Below, one piece after another: positions 9,999 to 24,900 of a stretch of 64,000 bases of DNA. The notes beneath the pieces are model-generated. The model made no database searches, had not been told where the DNA came from, and saw only the letters and a program-made list of their open reading frames with translations. Position 1 is the stretch's first letter. The number at the start of each line of letters is the position of its first letter. Origin of the DNA: Gnetum montanum (lineage: Eukaryota > Plantae > Gnetophyta); NCBI GenBank assembly GCA_015680685.1, contig MNCI01000406.1:120768-184767 (forward strand). Reading direction: 5' to 3'. A program made the position numbers and the translations under genes.

Positions 9999-12900
9999 CT
10001 GTATTAGAACGCGACATGAAATAAAAGACTATCAAAAGTGCACCATATAACCTTTCATCAAAAGAAGCATTTGAATAGCCCCAACCTGTCTTTTGATCAA
10101 CCCAGCTTTTTCCAAATTAATGAGAGTTGCCATATGCTCAAAGCCATAGCTATGTAAAATCTCTCTCCTGGAACACATTTAACATTGAATAAGATCAGAA
10201 AATGTAGCTCCTCTGATAACTTAAAGTAGGATGTTAAAAAATAAAAGGAAAAGGAAAAGGGGATTGTCAGAACGGAAACCATACCATATAGACCTTTAAG
10301 ATATACTGTCAGCACAACACTTTCATAGAACTTAGCTAATAACAGAATGACTTATGCCTCAAGCCTAACTCAAACTTGCAAATATTACTTGCAAAGCAAT
10401 AAGCCTACCAGTTGAATTATGCTTTCATTGATACGGTGGAAAAGAAGAAGAAAAAGAAGAATATAACAGATGCTGATGATGGAAAAGAAAAAAGAAAACA
10501 CATTTTAAACAATGTATCATCGTCACTGCCAATGTCTAAAAATAACAAGCTGAAATAGAACTTTGATCCTCAAAAAGAGTAAACAATTGAAGTTCCTTAG
10601 AAATTTATTTATCAGAAAAAATAATCCTGATGATAAAACTATTGCAGGTGAAATAAGTTTCACTGTACATTAGACGTTCACCTCAAAGGTGTAAAAGTAA
10701 AAACCATGCGCAACCAATCTAGAGGTGCCAAGGTTTATCCTCTCCGCATTTCTGGAGCAAATATATAACAATTTTTAGAAGAAACAAACTAAAAATCTAT
10801 TATCATACTTTAAATACCACTCACTGAAAATGGAAGAACGTAGGTATGATGGCCATAACTGAAACTTTTTATATTCACATCACACCATTATAGAAAATAC
10901 CAAAATTCCTGATCATATAGCTTACACTCATAAAATGGTCTTAAAAGTACGGTTACCTCAAGTAATCAAAATGTTTCTTAGGCAGTCCATTGTAGGTGAT
11001 TGACAATATCACAAGCAGACGCAATACAGTGATAAAAGGATCCTGTTTGTGTATCATCTCCTCAATATAATCAAAACACCTGCATGAAACAATGTTATAA
11101 AAGACACTGCATGCAGCACAAAGCATCAAAAACAAGAGAGGAAAGAGAGATACAACAAGAATGAGAAAAACACAATACCATATATTGGATATTATAAAGA
11201 TACCACTTTGCAACAAAATATATCAAAATTAATCACATTCATATAAGTTTTTGAAATCATATCAAGTACAAAAAATGATTATTCTTACACATCATAACTC
11301 TGACCCTCCACTAATGTCTGTTCAATAGAAAGCCGACTTAAAAAGGTTGCCTTCTCGGTAAAACTAGACAGATGTTGTGCTAGGTTTGTGTGCCTCTGCA
11401 AGGGCAAACAGAATATATGAAGAACTAAAAATTCATAAAACATTTGATGACTACTAAGTTAACAAAGTACCGTCATTTCAGGAAGTGAGTTAAGCCTCTT
11501 CACAAAATCCTTTAATTCTGAAACAGTTTGATTCTGCATCAACGTAATGATAAGAAAACAGACAACAACAATAAGAAAAACTAGTAAACAAATACATTGC
11601 TTTTCTATTAGATAAAGTCGAAATGTATAGCATAAGCAAATCCAACTGTATTATCACAAAATCTAAAGTGAACAAATATGAGTCCAACAAGAACTAAATA
11701 CTCAAACAACAAAGTTGCAACTAACCTTACAAAACAAGGCAAGATGGATAATCAAATGATTTTTTTATTTTTATTTTTTGAGAGAGAGAGAGCGAGAACG
11801 TTCTGGATTATATTAAGTAAATATCACAGAATATTTACCATCAAAATTGTGTTTGAGGTGGGATACCCCTATTGACAGACCCTCTCAACATACCGTACAC
11901 TGTATGTACTAGAGACTGTTGTTATTATTATTTATTTTATTATTTTTTCTACACCACACCAACTTCTTGCAATGCCTTACAAGGAGGAACATGACAAAGC
12001 CTTCTAGCCTTACCATGATGCTTTGCAACACTGCCAAGGCTTTTGCCAAGGACAAAGACCTCATTGGTTCTTTGTTTCCTTAAATACCGGATGCTCAAGG
12101 CTCGCTGTTCTTTATGAACATAGATATCACCAACATCGTCACCCAAAGGAGGGCGTGCATCATTAAGGAACTAACGCTGACCTTACAAGGGCAAAGAAGG
12201 GAACCGCCTTGCAGAACCAATCATAATGCATAGAGTATAAGCCAATAACGCCAACACTAATGTAGAGCCAACTGCAATGGATAAGCAGTTATTCAAGGCC
12301 AATCACAACGAACAACACCTGGAGGACCCCACAACACACCAACAGCAGGAGACTAGAGCTGGTACAAAGGCAACAATCATGGACTTACATGGTCAAGCTA
12401 CGGTGGAGAGGAAGAAGCAAGGCCTTGAGCAAAGTACACAAGGAAGCAAACCAGAAAAGATATTTATAAAGAACTTCATTGAGATTATTGTCGATGCTAC
12501 AGCTGATGCAAAAGGCAAAGGCTAGAACATAGAAGAAGAGGGAACAAGCTTGCAAGGATTCAGTCTTCTAGCATTTTCCCATTTAGGGGCTTGGCCTCAG
12601 TAAGAATTCTTACATGCAGGCCATCAAACTCAATTATAGAAAGCTGTCTACAAACCTGCACCAAGATAAAAACCCAAAAGGATTATTGGAATTCATGACA
12701 ATCAATGAGGCCTACAAAGTACCCCAAATGGAACTTCTAGGAAGTCTGTACTCCTACAACATGGAACATAATTAAGGATCGCCCAGCTTCCTCTGGCTGG
12801 TATTTCCTCTGGTCTAAGGGAGATTCCTACTTCCAGATCAGTATCCATTTACGACTTATCTTATGCAGTCTATTTTTTGATTGCTTCCGTCCCCAGTTTA

Positions 12901-15900
12901 ACTATGGGTAGACTCTCTTGGTTTTCATCTGTCTTTGAAGAGAAGTTTCAGCGCCTTTAGTCAGTTCCAGTCCAGCAAGCACAACCTATACCTAGGGACA
13001 ATGTTCCACTTTTGTAAATTTTGTGAACAGCTGGATCCATCCCTGTTTTCGTAAGCAGGCTGCTCAGATATTTTGTGCTAAACTCATAATTCTACAAATC
13101 CTCCTAATATAAAATCCCAAATTTTCCTCCCTACATTTCAAAAAGTATTTATTCCTTTGTTAAGCAATTTCCCCCACAAGAACGAAAAGAGTTATAACTA
13201 TAGCTTAGTAATAATAATTCAAAGGAAAAAATAACAATGTCAAGAAACAGAGACATGATGTTGCATCTAGATTTCACAAAAGATACAAAAGAAGCATAAT
13301 CATTTCACGTGGCAGTTTTGGCCTGCACTAATGAACCATCAATTGATGAAGCTATTAAATCTCCTATTTGAAAAGAATTCATGGTAAAGGAAATGAACTA
13401 AAGGTTCAATAATTACACTTAGGAGTTGGTGGATAAGCCAAAAGGGAAAACAGATGATTGATTTTAAATGAATTTCCGAAACTGAATTGAATCAGAATTA
13501 TATTGTTACAATTTGTAAAGCTATATTGGTGGCATGTGGCTACAAACAAAAGAAGTATAACAAGTGTAAACACATTGAGATAAAGCATTACTTCATCAAA
13601 GACAAGGTAAATAAGGGAGATTTCATACAAAATATATTTCTTTTGAGGATCAAATATTTGGCATAATAACCGAGAAGTTACAGCCATGGCCAATGAAAAA
13701 TTTTGTGTCGAAGATGAACATGAACAACGTCACGTATTCTACTTAAACCTTACATCATCCCACAGGAGAAACTGTTGTAATAAATGGTTTGATGTGGGAG
13801 CTTCAATAACCTTGTTGTTAAAGTAATTCTAGTTATGAGATCAAAAGCTCAATCATTAGCTATGCATCCAACTAAAAATTTAAACAATAAGCTTACTCAA
13901 TGTTAAATAACTTTGTTATATCTTCTTTGATGCAACGTCAAGCACCTTGGGAGATGGTTCTATGTTTTAATTTAAAAAATAAAGAAAAAATAAACATGAT
14001 TTCATTATTTTAAAGTTAAGTTCATGCCATGTTAATTTCAAAAAAAAATAACGTAAAAAATATCTAAGGGTTTGTGTCACATATTGTGAACGCAGAGGCG
14101 TTCCAGCTCCGACATTTATAAAAGCAAGGGTACATTGATGAGAGAAAAGTTTAAGAGAAGGTGTCATGGTGCTTGAATCCTAAATAAAGTCCTATTACCT
14201 CAATTTTAAGAAAAATGAATTGCTAAAGAATTAATGTCACATTTGCTAGACAAATTGCTTGAACTTCTTGCTTCTATTTTAGCCTGAATGTCTTTGCTTC
14301 AGGTAGCCTAAATTTTTAACTAGAAAATCCTTTCAATTCATGTTCTCACAACAAATTTGATTAAAAATGTGATTAAACGGTAGAATCAAATGTTGAAATT
14401 TCATATTGCTGAGTTTGCTTCAATTTTTGACGTTTTATTTCATTAGGGATTTTCTTTATTTCTTTATTTCTTTTTTGGCACAAATCCATTGCAACTGCCC
14501 CTACGAATCACAAGTAAGTTGAACTAGTTTTAAAATAGTGTCTAAATCGATCTCAATCAGGACTTGCAACCAAGTCACAATAACTTGCATTGACATTGCA
14601 GTCACACTGAATCAATATCTTTGGATTCCAACAGACCAGGTATTGCCAATACAAGTTGTAGATGTGGAACAAAATGTCAATGTCACAAGTAAAAACTGGA
14701 GTACCACACAAGAACTTAAAAATAACAATATTTAAAAGCCAATTAAAAACACTCGAGTTTCTTCATACTCACAGTCATTGTCATATCTGTATAGTCTTGC
14801 TTCATCATAATTGCTTTCTGACGAAGAATCTAGCATAATGTAAGAACACAAAATTAGTGAACAAAAACTTGCTTCTACACCTTGGTATTGTTAAATGCTT
14901 TCCAAATCCAAGATGACTATGGATATGAAACAATCAAAGCAATCAAACCTGTGGAACCACACCAAAATTGAGATCACGAATTTCCCTAAATAGCTTGTCA
15001 CTGCATCCAAAGTAATTGACAAGAAATATGGAAAAATGTTTAGAAATCAAAAACTATAATCTAAAGAAAAATGACACAACCAACTATAAGAAGTTACACC
15101 AATCCTTGTGAGAAAAGAGCCACACAATTTTTATTCATGCCACATTTCATAATTTATGTTTATTAAAAGGCCCAATTGTGGTGGCTGCAGGGCATATGTT
15201 TACTATAATTTCAGGAACCAAAGGTATCATAGGGGAGTTTGAAAGATGGTGGGCAGGAACGAGAGCGAGGGCGATGGTGGGATAGGCGAGCAGTGCAAGG
15301 CCAGCAAGTTGGTTAGATTTGCCTTCTTAACCGCCGAGGTGGGAGATCTCCACTCCAGGAATGAGTTCCTTTTGGCCCGGGATACCAACGATGGCAGTTG
15401 GCGCACGGCCATCATTGATTATGCGAGGTATTGGATGGTCGTGCGGCACAACAACGAGGCCACACGTGAAATAATAGAGCAGCGTATGCAAAGGGACTTG
15501 TTGGCCCAAAAGAACCAAGATTGGAAAGACTATAGTGCAAGTTTACGAGTGGGGGCAGTCACAGAAAAACCATAAGCATATGTATAAACTGGAACGTGCC
15601 ACCTACCGTAAACACTATTGGGATGCTTCTGTTAAGTTGTATATGCATGAAGTGTTCCTCGATGTCATTGTCGCTTCTGGGGCTTACGACAAGTTCATGC
15701 AACAAGTGACGGTCAATGAATCCCCTGAATGGGAAGTGAGTTTCACCGCGGGTGGGACCACCACTACCTCCTTTTCTCCAAGGCCACCAAGATGGACGGC
15801 TATTGAAAAGGAGAAAGTTGCAGCAAACATTGACTTGGGAGATAGGCACTGGGCGGACATTACTAAAGAGGAGGTCTTGCAGCGCCTCGGGGCCGGCCTC

Positions 15901-18900
15901 GATTGCATACCCCCTGAGACAAACGCGGGGCCGTCTCGGGTTAAGTCACTTTTTTGCGATGCAACGACTTATTTTATTTCAGTTTTTATTGTGACTCTAG
16001 CTGACTACTTTAATTTCTGTGATACAAAATCCGGATGAAGATACAAGGCCTTCTGAGGGAGGGAACGATGGTGCAGAGGAAGATTCATAGCATGACAGCA
16101 AGGGATTTTATTTGAATTTTTGAAAGAATATTGTAAACATTATTTGATTGAGACTTTAAATGGAAAATGAACTATGACAAGATTCCCTTTATTTTGGCTT
16201 GTGTATTATCTATGTTATCTATCTTTATCTTTTTTTCTTTTTTTGTCTTAGTTTTAAGCCATTTCGGGCCATTGTTAGGTGATAAGAAAAAGAATTTTTT
16301 TTTATTTGTTTTTTGAATAGCCAGTTTTAGGCCTTGGCGGGCCGCAGTGGTAGTTTAAGGCCATTCCGGGCCATCGCTAGTTTTAGGCCATTTCAGGCCA
16401 TCGCCGAGACACGGGGTAAAGAATTTTTCCAGTTTTAGGCCTTAGCGGGCCATGGAATACACGAACGAACTACACGACACAAACAGTGTAAATAAAGAGG
16501 ACGTTAAAGCCAACGATGAATGTAAAGCAAACAGTGCAAGTGAGGAGAAGTATGCGTAAAGGGTAATGTAGCTACGCTAACATGGACACGGTTCAATTTT
16601 GGAGTTGCTTTTTGACCCATCATGGGTTCGGCGATGTATAAGGCCGAGGGGCCTTGTTGTGGTATTCCTCTACGCTATCGTCTGCCGTCTGAAATGGCAG
16701 TTCAAACCACGTTGTGACTTCGTTGGTACCAGTTTTAGCTTGTTCAGGCACCTTCGTTTGAACAAAGGGTTGTTCATCAGAGACTTCGATCTCTGAACCT
16801 TGCTCTACCCCCACATTGTTTATGGTCCGAGGAGCTACTTCATCACCGTGTATCACCACTTCCCCTCCCGCATAGGGCAAATGGATCTCTTGATGTATCG
16901 GCGATGAAACGGCCCTCAGTTGGGCCAACCACGATCTCCTCAGAATCAAGTTGAATCCTGACATCTCCTCTACCACTATGAATGTTGCATTTCTGGGGAA
17001 CTGGTCCCTTGCCACAAAGTTGATCTGCACAATCCCTTTTACTTGCACTCGTGCCCCATTAAACGATTTTATGCAGGATGTCGTTGTAGGCTTGATTTGA
17101 TCCACTAGGCCCAACTTGTCCACAATGGGAAAAGGGATGACATTGGTCGCAGCACCATCATCAATGTGTACTCTTCGGATCCTGTGTTGGCCGACCCAAA
17201 TTGTGATGAACATCGGTGCTGTTGTCACCTGACCCTTTTCAAGGTCGTCTTTAATGGATCCGTCACAAAATGTTAACTGAGCCGGCCTCGGTTTTTCAAA
17301 TGCAGGAGGGAGGATAACTGCGGGAATTGCCTTTTCCTCCACCGGTATGCTTTCGTCCACTAGTATGGATGTCAACATATGAACCAAGGCCTCACGGTGT
17401 GCGATAGAGGTCATTACCAGGCCGTACAAGCTCAAAGTTGTATTCTTCTGTTTCAGAGCCTGCTTGACTTGAGTAAGGGCGTTTAGCAGGTCTTGTCCGC
17501 TCTCCTATTGCTTGCTACCCTTCTCTTCCTCCATTCGTCCTAGGAGACGAATTTCCCGAGGAGGAGCGGTTTCAGGTTTGGGATTGGACCTTTTTGGGCG
17601 GGCCGGCGATGATTGCTTGGGCGTAGCAGCATCAGCTGTTGATGACGAGGGGGGCGAAGGCATGGAAGACGAGGAGGTAGGCTTAGGGGGACTTGAGGCA
17701 GTATGTTGTTTAGCCACCTTGTCCATCGGATGCTCTTCCCTAATCTTTGAACAGGAAGGCTGTGAGGTTGTCTTGGCTTGGCTATGTATGGTGGGGGCAG
17801 TTGAATGTTTCGGCCCCCTGATGATAAACGGTGTTTCTAGTGTCAGCGCAGGCGGCGGTGTGGTTTTAAACACGAAAGGTGCAAGGGCGGATGTCCGAGA
17901 GGGAACTTTAAGGACAAATGGTTGTTGCGGCAACTTTTTGGCCGCTGCTGGTCTCGGTGCACTACGCTGAGGCACGCGAACCACAAACGGTTGCTGAGGC
18001 GGTTCAGGATTACTGTCTACGCCAATGGTGTTGATGATGTAGCCGGCATTGTTGGCATTAAGTGGGTCTTTGTAAACGTGCATAGATTGATTCTCGGGGC
18101 GCACAGGGTTGCTTTCATCTAGAACCAACTTCCCCTGATCAATCATTCGTTGAATGTCATCCTTTAACGCTAAACAGTAATCTGTGTCATGACCACAAAG
18201 TTGACAGTAGTCACAAAACCGCTCCAGCCTGAAATTCTTAGGAACTGGCGGCTCGTTGGGCATAGCCAAAGAGGGCTTCCTAAGGAGCTCACAGTACCGT
18301 TGATGCCTTTTGGTGGCCTGCTCCAGGGAGACCTTGAGCTTGAAGATGGGCCATTCTTCACGAACTAGCTTAGGGATATAACGCTATTCAGGGGGGTCCG
18401 AATAAAACTTACGAAGGAGGCTATCACCTAATATATGAATGTTCCGGCAAAAGGGGAGGAGGTTCCCCTGCAAAGGAGGGGGTTACAAGATGTGCATGAC
18501 TTCTTCTCAGGACCTGTGCCCAAAACGGGAAGTGGGTAGGTGCCCAAGTTGACGTTGGAGCCCCTCTAGCAAGACACAATGGTACTTGTGGACCACTCCG
18601 TTCACTTCGGCAACACGTGGAAGTTGCTCAGAGTGCATTTCAATTTCATGCGAAGCTTTTGGCAAGGGTATAAGGTGAATTTTCCCTATTACTTTCTAAC
18701 TATCCTATGTCGACGACAAAGGGGGACACATTTGGGTCTCATCTCGGCTCTCTAGCGATCGACAAGGGGTGGTTGCCACCGAGGGCTATTTTTGTTAGGG
18801 CCGTATATGGGCAATGTAGGTTGTGGTGTGTTCCACCCACGATGGTGGACATTTCAATGGATTCAAGTGACTCAAATAAGGAGGAGCCTTTGGGAGCGAT

Positions 18901-21900
18901 TTATGGTAGGGGAGTTTCGAGGGGTGTCATGAGGGGGGAGTCATCGCAACCCCAAGACCAAACTACTTCTACAGAGGCTAAGCCTAAGGGGTGGCCAAAC
19001 CTAGGGGTGTGGAGTGGGGGTTGGCTAGGGAAGAGGCAGAGTCGATAGCAATGGAGCATGCCCAGGCAACGAAGTGTACTTTTTGGGAAGAAAGACTCAA
19101 GAAGCAGGAGTAGTTCCAACAATAGCTAGAACAGTTGACCCAAAGATACAAGGAGACGGCTAAGGAGGAAAGAATCTATCATGATCTGGAGAAAACAACA
19201 ACTCAGCCGGTTCTGGAAGAGGACCTCAAACATAGGCTAAGAGACAAGTTGTAGGAAGAGGCATGGATCTAGGGGGAGTAGGCAAGGGAGGAACAAGCGC
19301 ATAGGGGGGAGGAGGCACGAGAGGAGGCACAAATGCAATAGCAACTTGATCGGGCTCATATGAGCAACGTGCGCTCATGGCTCCAAATGGGGCGTTGCCC
19401 CTATGTCATCATGTATATTGGGCACAATGCACCCTGGGGAGCGCTCAAGAGGCATATCCGAAGGCATGGAAAGGAACTACACCTGGATGGAGAAGGAAAT
19501 GTGAATGTGCAAAAGAAAAGAAGCCATTTGAAAGGAATTCCAGCAAGCAGCAACTTTTGTTGACACTGAACGGCACAAAGCAATGTTGGATATCGTTCAT
19601 GGCCAACAAGGCAGCCTTTGTCATTGCACAAGGCTGCCATTCCATTTATAGATTAGGTTTTGGGGTGGAGCAGGGTGGGCTGTTTCTATTTCTGTTTCTG
19701 CTTTTGCTTTTGTGTTTTGGTTGTTGATTCTTTTTGAAGTTACATTGTGTAGGAGATACTGAGTTGCAGGGGCCAGGGGGTAGCCTTGCCAACTCAATTT
19801 TGTACTGGGGACAATGACGGGGGGATGTTTTGAAACCCCCCATCGCAGATTGGGGGTGGTTCTCATCTGGGGGGTGAGGGGAGGTCTCTCCCCTCGTTTT
19901 TGGGATCGGCTAACTGATATACATGATTTCTGATTTTGATTAATATATACCCGAGTTTTTCCCAAAAAAAAAATTTGCGGTGGCTGCTATATGCTGTTTA
20001 GTATAAGGGTAAAAAGTAAGATTTTTATTAATTATAATATTTAGAGTGTAATAATGTTATTTCTGGGCAACAGCAATTCTCAGTTTAGCATCATACTCAC
20101 CGGCAATATTGTTCCATATTTATTAATTAAAATTTCAAACTGCATATCAATAAGATCAGTTGTTTGGATGTGTTTGTTTAATGTTTCACACATTAAACGT
20201 CATGTCACTGTGCCAATTTAAACTGCTGCAAAAATTTTACACTAAATTTAGTGTCAGAACAGCACAAGTTATAGCTCTGGCTCATGATCTCTAGCCTTAT
20301 GTTTGAGCTGTGGACAACATACACAGCTATCATGGCCTTTAGTAGTGGATTTCTGATAAACAGTTTGAGCTCAGTAGCAGAATTACATTTCACAGTTCAA
20401 CATTGTGACATGACCTTGTACTCATTCTCTTAATACAGAGGTCTGTTTGTATTTTTTAAATTATCAGCCTGTAATGTTAAAAAGAGTTTACCATGTTTAT
20501 TAAAAAAATAGAAAAGATCAATATCAATTGAAAATATAGCCTGCTTTACAGCTTTTCCTGAAGTTTCCAATGTTGAACTTTTGCCGACACTGTTTAAACA
20601 TGGTTTCATGCTATTTAAAGATAAAAGAAATGGGAAAAAAGTAATGAGCATTCATGTTCTTTGATTTGCTCCAACACACTCATACATAGAGACAGGAGTA
20701 ACAATTTTCTTTTGTACTAGATCTTGAATGACTTCTTGAATGTGAAGGCTTTTCAGCCTCCTTAGACAATAATAATAATAATATGGTCCTCATCCTATCT
20801 CAGAAATGTAAAAACAAACCTTGAATTGAGTGCTATCTTCAACTTTCTGTCAGTCTGCTTGGGATCCATGATGGATGCATCCACCTCTACGGCCCCATTA
20901 TTAATATGTACAAACTGCAAAAGAGGGGCATTTCACATTATTTTTTGGCACAATCAACGTACTTTTAATAATGATGAAAATTTCTCCCAAGAGTACAATG
21001 AAATAAGATATTGAAACTTTGAAAAACATAATTGGAAAAGGGAAAAAATTATGAACCAAGCTTGGTACTGATAACTTAATTTAGCTCTGTAACTAGGATT
21101 TCCTATAGTTTTAAACTATTTGGGACAGTCCAGATTAAAAAGTCCTAAATCCTAAAGTATAGGTGTAGAAAAGCAAAAACTATTTCATAAATGACACAAC
21201 TTTCATGGTTTTACATGTATTGATATCAAGAAAGATCATGGATTGTTTTAAAAATCATTTTCTCCTTGTATGTACTTTTTTAAATTTTTCCAATTTTATG
21301 TCCAAATCAATTCATTTATTGTCCAATGTCTGCAATCTGATTTAATAGAAGGGCATCCAATTTTGCAATTCACTCTTACATTTATAACAATGATCATGAA
21401 CATTTGTACTATCATGTAGATCTAACATTTGAAGTTTGTACAAGCAATGTGAATGACTGTCACTATATTAAGAAATACTTATTAGCAATATGTTAATTAA
21501 GTCGGCCAATCTGCCAATAAATACCACATATGTAGAAATAACATCTCCAGCACAATGATATTGGTTTAATGCTCATACCAAATGCCACCACCAAAGACTT
21601 TTGCAGGTAAGATGCTGAATTTTTGTCATGTTTTCTATTCATTTGGACTGTGTGTGTGTGTCAATTTGTGGTTTCACACCAGTTTCAAAGCCAAGAATGT
21701 AACCAAGGGGTAATGGTGAATCCTTTGGGTCCGTTATTCAATTGATTATGAATTCCTCAATGGGATAGCTATGCATTAACATAATGTTTCGATTAGGTTT
21801 TGCAGCAATTTAGAAATACAAACTTTCAATTTTTATAGGCAGTTCCCTGACACACTAATGCATTAGATCAGGATATGAGGACTAGCTTCGATTAATATAA

Positions 21901-24900
21901 TTTGCATATTTTCTCCAAAAAATATCTAATAATTCTTTGTTTCCTGCAAGTTTCTAGCACGATGAATTTTCATGTTGTGTGTATTCCTCAAGTTGGAAGA
22001 CATGGATTTGAGCCTAGGCATAGACACTTGAAAAGGTTAGGCTTTTGCTCACCCACCAACACTCCCAGGACCCCACTTGATAGGATAAGCATTGAAACTC
22101 AAGGTGATGATCTTTTTTTAGATAGTTGTGAGTATGATTATCTATGTTTCACAAATCTTCAAGACATGGGCATTGGGACACCAGGGCATATCCTGAAATG
22201 CATTCAGGAACATGAGGGCTTTTTGGGGACATGCTAGGGTTACATTAGTGACACAAAGCTTGAAAGTAGTATCCATCTTGTAGAGCAAAAAATATAACTG
22301 TATGCGCAAATTGTTGATGTAAATATTCCAAGTTCTTGTAATGGGAGGAAAGAAATATACTACTGCTACTAGGGAAATATTATTATTTTTTGAATTATTG
22401 ACATTGTTTGGTCTCATTTTGAGTTTCGAATTTTTTTGCTTCTACAACTGCTAGGGACATCCCAGAATCTTGGGGATGTGGTCAACCCAATACATCCTCG
22501 AAGGTTTGGGGACGCATCCACATCCCAAGGACATCCCAGACATTAAAATTATATTGGGGACACATCTTTGCAGAACAATAATGATAATCAATACAGTGTT
22601 TCAACCATTTCCTATTGCCTTTGGATATTCTACATAACTTAGCACTATCTAAGCTTCTTATATCATGTTTCATTCGCTGAGCTATTATAAATGTTGTATA
22701 ACACATCAAATATAAAAGCAAAAATCAGAGGGAAAAAGTTCCCATTTGAATAAACATAAATGCAAGGTTGAATCAAAGCACAAATTGATAAACAATTCAG
22801 TAAGTGTCACCTCATCCAGTAGGCCTTCATATGTCAGTTGTGTACACATTGGAGTAACCATATCCACCTATAATTAACCATAGACACATGTGAGTTCCAT
22901 GTACCAAAGAGCTTCTCAAATCCCATTTCAGAATTGTTACAAATTTTTTCTCAAGATTATATTTCAGAACACATTGGCAGTGGATAATATGCAATACTCA
23001 TTATACAGAAGTTAAAATAAAAATAATAACAGGATGAGTAACTAAAGTAAAATAAACTAATAAGTCTAGTTAATTTGGTGGTAAAATTAAATAAACAGTG
23101 GATATAACAGTAGATAATATCAATTTAGGAAACTTTTGAAAAAGAGAGCTAAATATAACATATTGAATAAACATGAAACATGAGAAAAGCATAGAAATGC
23201 TTCCTAATTCCATTCTAATTACAGTTTCCCCTCTTAAGATTAAACCAAAATCAACAATTTCAGGTAATCACCATTCTAGAATTCAGACTAACTATTCCAT
23301 GACAAGTGAAATTGATAGTTGAAGAAACTGACTATCCTGCCATAGAATTCAGAAGTCGAATACCATATGTTTATTTTTAGTCACTGGTGATCTCCTGCAG
23401 AAAAGAATTTTCTTTCTGGAACCAACTATTAGCGTCTGACCAATATAAGTAACAAAGGAGGTGTTCTACACTATTTTAAACTTTTTCTCACCTTCTTTGT
23501 ATCAATGTAGGTCAATAGAATAATGCTTGTCTTTACAGTAGTATTTTTTATTGTGCAAGAGAAAAACTTCAAGATGTGTACTAGAGTATTCCTCTTTTCA
23601 AAGTCTTCTTCTTTTTTTTCGAGAAACTGTCAGGTAATGTATTAAAAAAAGAAATGTAAACTGTACAAAAACTACACATCTCTGGGAGTCCTCTCCCTAT
23701 CGTCAGTGACCTGTTCCAAAATCGAGACTAAACCACCATAGTCCCAAACATGCCCCCCATTGTTCATACAAAAACCCAGTATGGAGCCGTAGGGTCCCCC
23801 TACACTCCCACCGCTACCTATCCCTAGCCAAGACACAGAGCAAGCCCAACTATCGCAGGCAAAAACACCCAGTCACCAAAACGACCAAGAGGTTGTCTGA
23901 GAGAAACCGAACAAAACAGCAACCCAAGAACCCACCATGCCCATCAGATATGTCGAGGTAGCTGGGAGCATCTACATATGGGCCACAACTAGGAGTGAAT
24001 ATCATCAAGCATGTCGCGATGTTGCTCAGTATCAACAAAAGCTACATCCTATTGAAAATTTTTAAAGGCCTCCGCCTTAGGTACGCGTGCAGCCACATCA
24101 CCCCTGCCATCAAGGTGCATCTTAGTTGAAGTCCGTCTAATGAACTGCATGAGGCCCTACCACGACAATAAATGATTAATGTTCATTATAATGTAGGGGC
24201 ATTGCCCCTCATGCAGCCAGGTAATTGCATTCTGTTCATGTGCATGATCTTGTTGACGTTGAAGTTGCTCATCCTCCAAACATTCATTCTCTCATTGTAT
24301 TTCTACCACTTGTTCCTACGCCTGTCATTCCAGCTCTTCCTACTGGATTTCTGCCTTGAGCTGCTTACGGAGCACATCCTCCAAAGTGGCCATGGTCATC
24401 ACATCCTCCATTTCTTTCTACCTCAAAATGTCCTTAATCATGTCTTGGTGTTGTAGCTCTGCCTACAACAACTATCGCTGAAAGGCATGTTCTTGTGCTT
24501 GCCACTTGGCCTCCCAAGCTTCCCGCTCCTCATCGTGTGACCTTAAGGTGGACTCTTGCATGGCTCTTTCAAGCACCCTTTACTAATACTCTTGTTCCAA
24601 CCACTTTGCTTCCTCCTTATCGACCTTAGCCAGAGGTTGAAATGGCACATGTTGCCATTGGCCAGGCGAAATAGTCTGCCCAGCATTAGTCAGAGGACTA
24701 GCAAGCATCATCCCTAGCAGTCTATCTTGAGGCCACCCAATTGCAATATCCTCCCCCCGCTGCCAACAAACATAAATGGAGTTGCATGACCCCACCTACA
24801 CCCACGGCACAGGCTTAGGCCATGCAACCCATGACAACGCAAGAATAGCCACCAAGGGCCACGTCAACCACTTTCGCTGCAACAAAGCCAAGAAAAATTT

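Noticed and set aside
16250-16455. Short interspersed repeats resembling a CRISPR array
   Set aside because: Eukaryotic context, irregular spacing, and typical of Tat/Ogre internal repeats.
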